64,000 bases of DNA from Felis catus (lineage: Eukaryota), in contig NC_058368.1 of NCBI RefSeq assembly GCF_018350175.1, positions 126,978,001-127,042,000 on the forward strand, written 5' to 3'. Below are positions 38,940 to 51,380 of the stretch, one piece after another; position 1 is the first letter of the stretch, and the number at the start of each line of letters is the position of its first letter. A program made the translations under genes and the position numbers. Below the pieces are notes generated by a model. The model was not told where the DNA came from, did not search any database, and saw nothing but the letters and a program-made list of their open reading frames with translations.

Positions 38940-39248
38940 AAAAAAAGTTTATTCATTTTGAGAGAGCCAGAGAGAGAGTGTGCACACGTGGGAGAGGTTA
39001 TGGAGTGTGCAGAGAGAGAGTGTGCACGCGTGGGTCAGCTCAGGTCATGATCTCACCATTGGTGAGTTGGAGCACTACATCAGGCTCTGTACTGACAACT
39101 CAGAGCCTAGAGCCTAGAGCCTGCTTCCGATTCTGTGCGTCCCTTTCCCTCTGCCCCTTCCCCACTCGCAGCTGTTTCTCTCTCTCAAAAATAAACAAAC
39201 ATTTAAAAAAATTATAAAAAGTTGGATGCCAAACCAGCTGAGCCACCT
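38940..39248. mobile_element. Rearranged Can-SINE: minus-strand tail, plus-strand body with tail, minus-strand head
   Basis: Segments of opposite orientation inside one TSD pair gaaaaatg(c/a)agatt (38926-38939 and 39249-39262). Confidence 0.85.
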
Positions 39249-39639
39249 GAAAAATGAAGATTTAATATAAATTTTCTAAAAAGTGACACACAAGTCACAT
39301 CCAAACAAAATATCATCCTAGTTGAGTAACCTAGGGTTATGACTTAAATGGTTTACATGTTTAACACATGTCTTTGGATCTCTCTTTTAGAGATCCTTTC
39401 TCTTCAACAATTTAAAAATGATTACCCAGAAGCAACTGTGTTGTTATTTTATACATGCTATTACTCTTTTAAAAAAATGTTAAAGTGTTTTTTTAGAGAA
39501 TATATACCCATTTAAAGATATTACAGTAGAAAATATATACCCATTAAAGATATGATGGTAGAAAACATAGAGGAGGTTTTTCTTTAATTTTAAAGAAAAG
39601 AAAAGGTAAATTTAACGGAATGACCATTTTCAAGTGCAA

Positions 39640-39830
39640 AGGTGTATTTGTTGAATGCTTTTTGTGTGTTGCATGCTCTCCATAGAGTCTCATTTAATCT
39701 TTGTAATAACTATGGTATTATCACCATTCTGTGTGACAGATGATAGAAATGAGACTCATGGAGGTCAAGTGATTTTTCTGAATTCACCAGGTAATTAATT
39801 AGGAAAGTATGATAGACTCTAAAACTCATG
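39640..39830 (-). mobile_element. MIR SINE
   Basis: tctcatttaatct…acagatgatagaaatgagactc…aggtcaagtgattt. Confidence 0.7.
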
Positions 39831-40117
39831 TTCTTCCTATTTTCTCAAGCTTCTTCTCATTCTTAGCACTTCTCTGGAATTGTGTGTACAGGCAGGAGGC
39901 AGAGGGCACCTGCTTTTCACTTCTGAAGGACAGACATGGATGAAAAAAATAATCCTGTGAGATTTGCTGACCAGCTTGGGTTACAAAAAAATGTACATCT
40001 ATCTTCCCTGTGGGTTTTTTCGAAAAAGCAGATTCGCAATGAATGAACTTTAAATGCAATTTTCTATTTTCCTACAAAGAATGTGCAGGTCCTTCCTAGA
40101 GATTTAAGACCGCTACT

Positions 40118-40150
40118 GAACAACAACAACAACGACAACAACAACAACAA
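40118..40150 (+). repeat. (CAA)n microsatellite
   Basis: Read directly, one interruption. Confidence 0.9.
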
Positions 40151-40391
40151 AACACTCTGTCAGAGAGGGGTAAAAGCTTGCTTCGTTGCCATACAAGATA
40201 TCCTATATCTAATATCGTCAAATCCTAATTGAAAACTGCTGATTTCATTTACATAGTCCCATGTTCAGGTAAAATATGCATTGTTTGTAAAGGATATAAA
40301 TATATTTACAAATGGATAAGAAACTTTTAAGATATGTCTCTGAAGACAAGTTTAATAGGTTTTGGAAAAGTATAATCTTGTTCTTATTTTT

Positions 40392-40601
40392 AAATTAAAA
40401 ATATTATTTATTTTTGACAGAGACAGAGACAGAGCATGAGCAGGGTAGGGGCAGGGAGAGAGGGACACACAGAATCCAAAGCAGTCTCCAGGCTCTGAGC
40501 TGTCAGCACAGAGCTTGATGTGGGGCTCGAATTCACAAACTGTGAAATTGTGACCTGAGCCAAAGTCGGACACTTAACCGACTGAGCCATCCAGGCATCC
40601 C
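40392..40601 (-). mobile_element. Can-SINE
   Basis: Reverse-complement head accgactgagccatccaggcatccc; TSD tcttattttt. Confidence 0.94.
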
Positions 40602-41015
40602 AATCTTATTTTTAAAAAATACTGAAAAAAAACACAGGAAGATTTTTTTCCCTATTGATATCTTTCAAAATATTAACCTAATAATATTAAACATTTCCTA
40701 TATTATATTTTTAAAAGGTTGCTAGAAAATACATATCTTACTTTTATACGCATAAAACGTGTTTACATAGCACAAAAGAAACACCATTTCAAATTTTGGA
40801 ACCCTTTGAATTTTGTATTTTGAAGCATGAGGATATATTATTTATTAAAATGTTTTCAATTATGAAAAAATTTCCTAGGTTTGAGGTGTAATCCCTAAAA
40901 GTAGTGTAGGATAGAAATGTAATGTTTTCAAAGCCACTGAAGACGGTCATTTCCTTGAAGTGAGTAAATGAGATAGTTATTTATTTCATCAAGAAATGGA
41001 AACGGTCTGACTCAC

Positions 41016-41116
41016 TTTCTTCCAAATCAAATAATGCGGTCCAGTGAAAATTGTTGAAAGAGTTTTGATTCTTTTATTCCCAAATTGGATTTGGAGAGTT
41101 TCTTCTTATTCAGACT
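41016..41116 (-). other. Candidate 101-nt non-coding exon
   Basis: Minus strand: CTAAG branch-like motif, tcttgctgctttgctcgcgacAG acceptor, AAA|GTGAGT donor; stops in all three frames and no ATG. Confidence 0.4.
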
Positions 41117-42770
41117 CTGTCGCGAGCAAAGCAGCAAGACTGAGACTTAGATAATGTAATTGGATAAGGCTTTACAGAAAAACTGCAGAAAATAATCATG
41201 TATGACTTTATTTCTTCAGTAAAAAACATACCTTGATAAAATATATAGAAATGCTGAAAAGAGTATATTTAAGTTAGAATCCTACTCCCCTTGAACAACT
41301 CTTTCCCACCTCTGACCATAACGTCAACAGGTAAGGACATGTCAATTCCACACCAATTTGAAAAATTGACTATTTTGCACTTGTGTTTCAAATATTCCTT
41401 ACAATTCAACAAAAAAGAAATTCTTATGCTGCAGTTGAGAGGAGCGATAGGTACATTTAAAAAGTAGAGAAAGAAAGACCTCTTAAGAGCTTTCAGTTGA
41501 ACTGGAGGAGATTTTTTCTTAAACCCAAATGTTGTCTACACCAGAAAATCATTTTTAAGAAGGATTGTTTTGAACAAAATTGATAAAATTCAGTGCTTGT
41601 CTAAGCTGCCTACATTTTTCAATGAGTTGGGCAGTGTGAGTCATCTACAGTCTCATCTTGAATTCAACCCCTGGAAACCAAAAGTTGTGAAACTCTCTAA
41701 ATCTCTATTCCTTCAACACTTCTCTAAATAAATGGCATTTAGAACTTTGTAAGGTCTTGTTTTTGTCCCCAAAATCCTAAATCGGATTTTAAAATCTTTC
41801 TACAGTAACTCAAAAGAGTTTTAATTTAGGAACTATATGTCCTCATATAGATTCTCTTGCCAAAATTTCTGTTTCTCTCCAATGGTGTCCATCAAGTGAG
41901 ATATGGTAATTACTTCCCCCCATAAAATTCTATCATTTGAATAGTGTCTTCTTCACCTTCTCCTTCTATTGTCTCCACAATCTTTCAGTAGGAGAACTGT
42001 TACAATGTCACCCATACTAAATTGTATTAGGCCCAGTGTATGATTTATTGGTATGAGGGGATTTTCAAATGTCTTCCTAACTCAATAGCCACTGTCATCA
42101 TTTATATCTGAGTTATTTCCTGTTTTTCTTAGTTCAGGGATGACTTGCTACTGAAGCCAGTGATCTTTACTTTGTAAGTTAGTCATGTCATTATTGGAAG
42201 TATCCTCAATTAGAAAAACAAAAACAAAAACAAAAACTCATTTTCCTAAACTGTTGACTGACTTGGTTGGGATTTTGGCGGTGGTTATTTTAGATTCCTG
42301 TCTCTATAATGTATAGGCTATGTGACCTTATTTCAGTTGAGAGTAGAGGCGGAATATTATATTTTAAAAGTGGGAAAGAAACAGTAAGACCTTTCAGTTG
42401 AACTGAAGAAGGCTTTTCTTTTTTCTTCTTATTGTAACTCTTCAAATATTGTCTAAACTCTCACGTAATTCCTCTTCTCTAAGTTTCTGTGTTCTCAGAT
42501 GACAATGACAGACCTGCACCTCACATAGTATGGGGAGGGGGAAATAATAATGCAAGTAGGAAGCTTAGCCCAGCACATGGCATAATAAGCACTCAGGGTA
42601 AGTTATGTGTTATTACTTTGATTGGGTATTAATTGTATTTTACATACAACCTATTCTCCCTGGAATACATCCATCACCAATGAAGACTTTTTAGAAGGAA
42701 CTCCATGGATGATATTGTTATTCATTGGACCTACAAATAAGGATTCACTGGAAATAAAACTATTTACTAA

Positions 42771-42926
42771 AGGGTGCCTATGTAGCTCAGTTGGGTAACT
42801 CAGTTGGTCCAACTCTTGGTTTCGGCTCAGGTCATGATCTCACGGCTTTGTGGTTTCGAGCCCCCATTCGGGCTCCATGCTATCTCTGTCTCTCTCAAAA
42901 TGAATAAATAAATAAACTTAAAAAAA
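42771..42926 (+). mobile_element. Can-SINE, internally deleted
   Basis: agggtgcctatgtagctcag head, ggtcatgatctcacgg, aaataaa tail. Confidence 0.88.
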
Positions 42927-43034
42927 CACTAAAACCAAATACAGATTATATATATCATATATATATATACGTGTGTGTGTGTGTGTGTGTGACATATATA
43001 TGATATACATATGGTATAAAATCTATATATAATT

Positions 43035-43248
43035 AAAATTTTTTTTTAACATTTATTTATTTTTGAGACAGAGAGAGACAGACCATGAACGGGGGAGGGT
43101 CAGAGAGAGGGAGACACAGAATCTGAAACAGGCTCCAGGCTCTGAGCTGTCAGCACAGAGCCCGACGCTGGGCTCGAACTCATGGACCGCAAGATCATGA
43201 CCTGAGCCGAAGTCAGCCGCTTAACTGACTGAGCCACCCAGGGGCCCC
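43035..43248 (-). mobile_element. Can-SINE (SINEC_Fc-like)
   Basis: Near-consensus reverse complement; TSD-like tatatataatt on both sides. Confidence 0.95.
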
Positions 43249-46200
43249 TATATATAATTTTTTAAGAATTGGTTTTGTTCTAAATAGGTTTTGTTCTAAA
43301 TAATGAAAAAATATTTTCATTATTTTCAGGTACATGTGATTCAAATACACCAATGATGTTTATTGTTCCAAGGAAAAGCTAACTAATATTAGGCTGTGGA
43401 ATCCTGTAATGCTTTTGCTTAATGTGAGCCTGGGCATATGGATTATGTGTAAGAAAGAGATGCTAGACCTATTTTGGTAGTAATGGTACTCATCATTGCC
43501 TAAACCTGGCAATCATTAGCTCACAGATTTTGGTGCTTTGAGCAAAGGTGTTAATTATTTCTCTCCTCCCTTTCTTCAAGAGTTCCCCTTACTTAAAGAC
43601 TACCATTTTCTCTTAAACTAACACACATCCTCAGGCTTAACTAGACAGAAAACCAAACATGGAAGAAGTTGATGGGCAAACAATGAATCTGAGTGCATAT
43701 TCCCCATTTGATTCCAAAACTAATGCCAAAGTCAGTTTGGTCAATAGTACATATTTCCTCTTAATCACTGAGGTGTCAATAGAAACAACAAGAATTAGGG
43801 GTCAACACCTTTCCATAGTGTTAAGTTCTTTCACTAAGGTACCAGGTTCTTTCAGGTGCTATCTTATTTGGATTTTAATTTGTCCTAACATTCCCCCAAA
43901 AACGATTACAGCACACCACATCACTGTATCCATTTAACTCCCAAACCACGGGGAAACTGGCTGCAGCTTCAAACAACACTATTAAAAATACCACAGGGGA
44001 ACCTTGGAGTAGGAATTCCAGGCACAAGTACAGCAGAGGGACAAAGAGAGGCTGTAAAGACCTTGAGTGATACTGGGATGGAGATTTAGCAGAATTTCAG
44101 AGTCTGAAACAACAGTCCTTAAGATTCTTATGTCGGGTTCCCAGGGCTGGTTCCGTGTGGTTGTGCAGGTTTGTTAAAAGTCAGGATAAACTTCGTCTCT
44201 CCTTGCCTCCCTTGCATTTGTCTTGTCAATAGATTTGTGACCCAGTGTAACTACAACTCACAAAGGCTTGGCAAAGTTGTCCAAAAGGAGGCTCCCTGTT
44301 ACTGGGCCTTGCAAAGAACAGCAGACTCATTAGTGCATATTTTCTCTTTGAACCTGGATATCTTTATTGTGCCATCTAAGCAATTAATTGGAAGTCTTCT
44401 GGTGAAATCCTGACTCTAAGGGTTTAAAATGCAAGTGCAGAAATTAGCACAGCCAGGGCTACATGAGAGGCCCCAGGCATCCAAATGTGAATGAGTGTTT
44501 TGGAAATCTAGCAGACTTAATGGATTAGTCTAGAGTCCTGCCACTTGGGAGGTCCAAATTCAGGGCCTTAGATCTGGGAAGAAGATGTTACAGTTGTGTT
44601 GGTAAAGGAAGAGTCGGAAGAAGAAAGAGCAAAAGAAGGAAGAGGAGCCAGTGCGGCCTTTCAAAAAAAGACACCTTTTCTCGGGGGGAGAACAGAGCAG
44701 CTCATGCTTTCAAGTTCTTAAACAGAATCATTGCAAACTGAGCGTAACAACAGAAGAAAAGGGGTTTGGCATAAACTTGTTCATTCTTCTTGATTGGCTT
44801 ACACGCTTCTGGATTCTTCTTAGAAGATCCAGTCTGCTAGACATGATTATTTATTTTAGCAGGAGATTCCAGGAGCACAGGAAAGCTGGGCTTCTTCTGG
44901 TCTGCCACTCTCGTGGAGTTTTTCCCCTGTATCACATATTTGTTTGGAATTTTACATTCTGCCCTGTGAATATTTTATTAATAGATACCTCCCTTCTCTT
45001 GGCTCCCAGGCTATAGGGACTCGGGACAGGGATAATGCTTCTTTTGGTCATCATATCCTAAGAGCCCTGCTTAGGTCTGGCACATGGAGACCATCACAAA
45101 ATTACTTGTTAAAAGAATATTATCTAAAATGTGAAATAGACCAGGTCTGGAGATCTAACCCAAAGGCAAGCAATTCATGGGCGCACAAGTAACAATGGCC
45201 TCTAATAAATGTGCCTAGAATAAAAAATTGTCTACTTCTAGTTATAAATATGCAGGTTCTATTTAACTGAAATTGTCAATGAGAAACTACAAACAAGGTA
45301 ACTTGTGGCAGGAGAAATAAACAAAACAAAACAAACACATGTATAGATGGTCTGAAGTAAAGTCAGAACTAGAAAAGCTATAGCAAAGCTGGGACACTGA
45401 AGAAGTAGGTTAAGAAAAAGAAAACACCAAACATGCAAACAAACAAACAGGACAGTCTCAAGAAAGATACTCTATGTCCTACCCCAGAAGATTAACTTGC
45501 AGTTCTCTAGAACTGTGATGAGTCCTCCAAACTTTCATGCCCTAATCCTTGTAAGAATAATGTGTATTTTGATCTAGTTATTTCTGATAACTGAGCCAAT
45601 CTGACGGAAATGCTCCCATATGCTGATGCAGGACCTTCGTGAATTACTGTGTGAAGATGCCCGCTTGTTGCCAGTAGCCTGGGACCTGGAGTGCTTTCTT
45701 GGAACTCTCAAGAGTGGTTCCAGGAAAAGTCACCCAATAACCTTAATTCAAGGAAATGAAACTCTTCTGTTTTGTACTGGCTGTTTGAAAATATGGTCAC
45801 TTGAGTGAAATAGAATTTCTTCCAAGTACTACATCATGGCATACCCCTCAACATTTACTGCAGTTATACATAGGAATTTGACTTGTCTTGAATCTCACAT
45901 TCCTAGAGTTGGTTTCTGTTTGCTGCCTGGAGCTCACTTCCTGGTAGTGATCTTAGCAAGATGCATCATCTTTTTCAACTCACTGGAGACCATCTGGGGT
46001 TCAACAAAAACCTAACTTGCAAGATATCTGGCAGCAATGAAATTCCCGTTTATAACTGCTTTATAATCATGAACAGCACTCCTTCTGTATAGGAGCAGAG
46101 TGGCACAGGCTTTTCTTGAATCTATACTTGTGCTTAAAACCACACCCCCCCTCCTAACTCATGCACAGATGTTGGGAAAACAACTGTAAAGAATGACAGA

Positions 46201-46494
46201 GGGGCAGGGTCTCAGCGGCCTGGGAGACACTGCGGTGAGGAATGAGGAGGTATCATGAGGGAAGAAGGGGGTGTATTCTGGAAGCTTGGAATTAACACGG
46301 TAAATAGGGTAAGGAAAGGGACATTAGATAAGATATGGGGGATCATAGAGAAATAAGCGAAGGAGGCAGAGCAGAGAGTAGGAAAAAAGGAGACAGGATA
46401 AAATGAAAGGAAAAATGGGAGAGAATGCAGTGGAGAATACGAGAAAAGAGGAGCTATGGAAGAAACAAAAGTGAATGACAGTGAAATGAAAGGG

Positions 46495-46725
46495 AAGCAA
46501 TAGAGGGTTGTTTTCTGGGTATAGAATCTGAAATATAACTACCAGGGTTTGAATCCCAGCTGTCAACTTTTCAGAATAATGATTATGGGAAATAATGACT
46601 ATCAGCCTCAGTTTCTTCTTCTGCAAAATGCTGTAATAATCCTACCTAACGAAGTTGTGAGAATTGTGTGATCATGTGTGTCATCTTAGCACAGAGTGTG
46701 GCACAGAGTTGGTGTTACTGTTAGT
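46495..46725 (+). mobile_element. MIR SINE
   Basis: gggtttgaatcccagct…agcctcagtttcttcttctgcaaaatg…cttagcacagagtgtggcacagag. Confidence 0.75.
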
Positions 46726-47471
46726 GAGGTTAGAAGAGAGGGGAACAGAAGAACGAAGGAAGAACAAGATGGAGAAAGTAGGAAGGAGAGATATTTAGAT
46801 AGTAGAAGAATGAGAAAGAAAGAAGTTAATTTCTCCTAATGATTTTAACCTTTCTTTACCCATATTATAATTCAAGTTTCTATGCCCACTAAATTATTTC
46901 TACATGTTTTAATGACAATTGGGAAAAAACAAGTACATATTGAATATCCTTTTTAAAATGTATTTTTATATTGAACTAACCTACAGTAGGTTGTATTTCT
47001 TTAAGAGTTGAAATTATTCCCTGGAAATGAGTAAGATCAAGGCTACATGATGCTAAACCAGTCATCCAAAAAACCCATTTATTTTCCCTTCCTCCTTACT
47101 GAATTGACCGGCCATTTGATGGAACTAAATGAATTGACTGGTTATTCTGAAATGTGTTAACCCAGCTATAGCCTGTAGTAAGAATAGAGCACCTAGTGTT
47201 CTTGGTGATGTACCTTTCCAAGTTTCTCTCCCCAACACTAACCACTTCCTTTTAATTGAAGTCATTTTGCTTTTCTCATTAGTCTCACAATCCAGGGCTA
47301 GTGTTGGGTACTGAGACATCCCTAAGCCCAAGACCATAAAACAATGTAATGGAATTGGACCAAGTATAAAAGGAAGGAACTATGGAGTTAGTTGTCCTTA
47401 CCCTCTCAAGAAAAAAAGAACAGTGGAACGGTAGGTAAAGTATGAAAAAGATATTAAAGAGATCTATTCTT

Positions 47472-47700
47472 TTTCTTCCAACAAATAACTTTATTTTTTT
47501 AGGTTCATTTATTTAGAGAGCGCGCACACACAAACATGAGTGGGGAAAGGGCAGAGAGAGAGAGACTCTCAAGTAAGTAAGCTCTGCACTGTCAGGCTCC
47601 ACGCTGCCAACGTAGGGCTCCAACTCATGGACCATGATATCATAACCTGTGTCAAAATCAGGAGTTAGACGCTTAACTGACTGAGCCACCCAGGCACCCC
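47472..47700 (-). mobile_element. Can-SINE with 16-bp TSD and non-consensus 3' tag
   Basis: TSD aaagagatctattctt at 47456-47471 and 47701-47716. Confidence 0.93.
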
Positions 47701-48575
47701 AAAGAGATCTATTCTTATATTAGGGAGGAGATAGGAAGCCACAGCCCAAATCAGAAGGAGAAAACTCTTCATACTCCTTGCATAAGCACTCCAAAGTGCC
47801 CTTGGCATGGAGCTGTGCACTTATCACATCACAGACATGCCTCCTTAGAATTTCCACAAAGCTGGAGAAATAGTGTGCTCACAGACTTGCAGTGAGGTGA
47901 TAGGCCAACCTTCAACGACCATGAGTTAGGCTACTCTTAAATGCCATTCAGAATAAACCGAAAGGAGTTTTATCTTTTTCACATACACATGCCCTTCCAT
48001 AGGACCATGAGAGTTATTTAAAATAGTGGCCAATGAACCTAGGCCAGTTATGACACTGCTTCTCACATTTTTCTCATTCAGAGGTAAGACAATAGAGAGG
48101 TCTCCCACTGGTCCCTTCTTTCTGTCAAAGGGGTTAAGAAGCACAGTTTTATTCCATATTCTTTCCTGTGCAGGAGAAACAAAGTTTTCAGTGTTGCCTT
48201 CTACTGCCTTATGTTTTGCTTCTACACTCTATTTAATAGCAGTTTTAACATGTTCTGAGAGATCTGTGTAAGGACCTCTTGACTCCAGGTCTTTTGGACA
48301 CAGAAGTTGATCACGATGGTGTTCTAGCACCGTATACTGCACAGTGAAGACACAACAAAAGAATTAACATCTTATTGGGGAGGCAACAGGAATAGAGAGG
48401 CAAAAACTACAATTTTTAGAACAATTTCATTAGAGTTATGCCAGAGGTAGCTATGGGGGCTATGGGAGAAGAAGGGCCTGGCCCAACTTGGGGAACAGGG
48501 CAGGTCTTGGATTCAGGTGTCATCGTACCCAAACAATTAGGTGAACTGAGCTAAGAAATTAAGAGAAGAAAGTGA

Positions 48576-48800
48576 GGGGTACCTGGGTGGCTCAGTCAGT
48601 TAAGCATCATGGTTCATAAATTCAAGCCCTGCATCCTCAGCACAGAGCCTGCTTGGGATTCTCTCTCTCACTCTCTTTCTACCCCTCTGCATGCATGCAA
48701 GCTGACATTCTCTCTCTCTCTCCCTTCCTCCCCCACCCTCTCTCCTCTGTCTCTCCCCCTCTCTCTGTCTCTCTCCCTCTCAAAATAAATAAAAATTAAA
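48576..48800 (+). mobile_element. Can-SINE, internally deleted, with expanded CT region
   Basis: ggggtacctgggtggctcagtc head; caaaataaataaa tail. Confidence 0.9.
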
Positions 48801-49237
48801 AAGAGAGCAAAGTGAGTTCTAGATGGCAAGAAGAGAGAAGCAAATGCAGATAGCTATGAAACATGGCACACATGGATGGAAGAAGTTGGCTACTGGAAGA
48901 GGCAGGTGGGTCTTGGGTACCACTGCCAAGGAGATCAGATTTTATCTTCAGGCTTATCACAGAAGGGTTTTAAGCAGGGAAGAGACATTCTGAGACTAAT
49001 TTTTCAACTATATCAATTTGGTTGCACTGCAGAGCAGACAGCAAAGTTAAGGGGAATACACAAAAGACAGACTATTTAAGAAAGTGGTTCTCAAATGTTT
49101 TGATATATAGTAAGAAATACATTTTCATGGAAAAAGGCTATGAATGTTTGTGTGTATGTCAACAATTTCAGAAAACAACACTTATCCTTGATATTATAGA
49201 TGTGACTTTACATTGTATTACTTTCTATTCAATTCCA

Positions 49238-49239
<2 letters not shown>

Positions 49240-49288
<49 letters not shown>
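49240..49288 (+). repeat. (TA)n microsatellite, ~24 units, inside a probable hAT MITE (~49080-49330)
   Basis: Perfect TA run; flanks begin agtggttctcaaa and end cagtttcaaaatactac. Confidence 0.9.
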
Positions 49289-49289
<1 letters not shown>

Positions 49290-49560
49290 CAAAATGCTAA
49301 ATGCAACTGACAGTTTCAAAATACTACTTCTGTATTCTGGGGTGAGCTGATGAGTACCTGATCTGGAGAAATATCAGTGGCATGGAGAAGAGAGAACAGG
49401 TTTGACAAATATTTATGAAGTAAACTAAAAATATAGTTATTTATTTGATGGAGGAGTGTATGATTTCCAAGTTTCAGTCTAGTATAAAAGTGCTGCTTAA
49501 TTGACAGGAAGAACAGATCTGCAAAGAAACAGAAGTCCAGTTTTGAACATGTTGTATTTA

Positions 49561-49771
49561 ATTTTTAAAAAAATGTTTGTTTATTTTTGAGAGAAAGAAA
49601 GAGAGAGAGAGAAATAGAGTGTGTGGGGGGGGGGGGTCAAATAGGGACAGAGGCACAGAATCTGAAGCAGCCTCCAAGCTCAGAGCTGTCAGCACAGAGC
49701 CCAATGTGGGGCTCGAGTCATGACCTGAGCCAAAACCGAACGCTTAACGGACTGAGCCACCCAGGCGCCCC
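49561..49771 (-). mobile_element. Can-SINE nested in L2
   Basis: Head actgagccacccaggcgcccc; TSD tt(g/a)aacatgttgtattta at 49543-49560 and 49772-49789. Confidence 0.94.
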
Positions 49772-50984
49772 TTAAACATGTTGTATTTAAATGGTGGAGT
49801 ATCATCGGGCACTGCGCTTTTGTAAGAGTCTGAAATCAAGGAGGAGTTCTGAGGACAGGCAGTTTGGGGAATACCAAGTTTGAAGGTAAAACTACATAAG
49901 TATATGTAGGCATCTAGAGAGTGCACAAAATGAGAAAAGCAATGAGCCAGAAACAGAATGTTTAAGGAGGGGAACGGGGGAGGTAGACATAAGAAGAAGA
50001 GTAGTCAGAGCAGCAAAAAGAAAGTAGAATCGTTTGGGAGAGAATGGTTCCTAACAAATACGTGTTGAATAAATACTTACAGGATAAATCAATGAGGAAA
50101 GGGTTTCTGACGAAGGTCTCTAAGATCAGGGCAGAGAAGGCAAAAAAGAGCTCCCTGGACACCGTAGTGAGGGTGGTGGGAGGAGGTGTGTATGAGGACG
50201 TCCTCCTACACTGATGTGAGGAGTGCCTGGAAGGTGAGGAGGTGGAGTGGCTTGACCGAGAAGGAAAGGGCAAAGAAGCAAGCCAAGGGATCAGCAAGGG
50301 TTCTGTTACCGGGCTTCACTATTGTTTTGTTCTGTATTGTTTTTATGATTGAGACAGACATGAATAGGGAAAGAGGCAGGACAACAGGAGAGATTGAAGA
50401 AGCGAGAAAAAGAAAGGAAAATAGAAGGAGAAAGGTCCTGGAGATACCGTGAGGAGAGGTCCGAGGGCACAGATGCAGGGGTGACTTCGAACAGGAAAGG
50501 GATGGGTTGCATTACCTGCTGGGACCGGAAGGGAGAACAGGATGGGTATGGATGTCAATGAGAGGATACAGAAACTGGGGAGGTTCGTGTCTTCACAATG
50601 AGTTTCTTGATTAGGCTGCAAGTGAAGGCATTTGCTGAAAGGTGATGAGCAGCTGTGGCGCCGGGAGGCTTCACAAGGGGAGGAAGTTTGGAACAAGCAC
50701 CAAGAGAAGTGAGAGGGCACAGAGCAAGGATGAAGTGTCAAGTGGCACTGAGGGTCCCGTTGAGGTGAATGCCTTGACTTTATTTGAATCCATCTTGGAG
50801 TGATGTGGGATTTTTCCCGCCGGAGTTCAGATAAGGATGTGGGGCAGGCAGATAAGAAACTGACAGTGTTGGGTTTTTTCCCGAGAGGTGGAGGAGAACA
50901 GGATTGCAAAGAATTTGAAATAGAAACTGGGAAGGCAAAAAGGAGAGGAAAGGAGATGGAAATTCCCAAAGGAGGGGATTGCCG

Positions 50985-51380
50985 GACAAAACACTCTATT
51001 TCCCAGTCTCCCTTGCAGCTACACGTGGCATATGACTGAATGAGCCAAAGGAGATATAAATAGAAGCATGCTGTGGGGTTTCTGGGAGTTCTCTTCCAAA
51101 GAGAGGGGATGTGCTATTCTTCCTCTCCTCCCCCGTCTTACTGCTGGCAATTTAGATGTGATGGCTCTCTACATGCCATCCTGGACCATGGAGGCAAAGC
51201 CCATACCTCAGGGATGGTGGCGGAATTATCCAAAAGAATCCTAGATCCCTCACAATGCTAGAGCAGTCACACCAGCCCTGGGCTACCCACTCTGGCTCTC
51301 TTTTATAGGAAAGAGAAATAAACTTTCATCTTGATTAAAGCATACTTTTTCAGGTCCTTTCATTCCAGATGAACCAATAT
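50985..51380 (+). mobile_element. ERVL-MaLR solo LTR (MLT1J-like)
   Basis: atttcccagtctcccttgcagcta…tgtgatggct…gccatcctggaccatg…ccagccctgggctaccc…gagaaataaactt. Confidence 0.75.

Larger units (their letters stand above)
48300..50870 (-). mobile_element. Long fragmented L2 LINE hosting younger insertions
   Basis: Antisense L2 motifs throughout (agaagggttttaagcaggg; gtccagttttgaacatgttg; gtttgggga…gtttgaagg); strongly purine-rich plus strand. Confidence 0.6.

Noticed and set aside
45280..45810. Possible ERV LTR remnant
   Set aside because: LTR-like texture, but I could not match termini or family with confidence; needs Dfam/RepeatMasker
50343..50969. 208-aa minus-strand ORF
   Set aside because: Lies in degenerate L2 sequence with a pyrimidine-rich, stop-poor strand; Ser/Pro/Leu-rich with no recognisable domain
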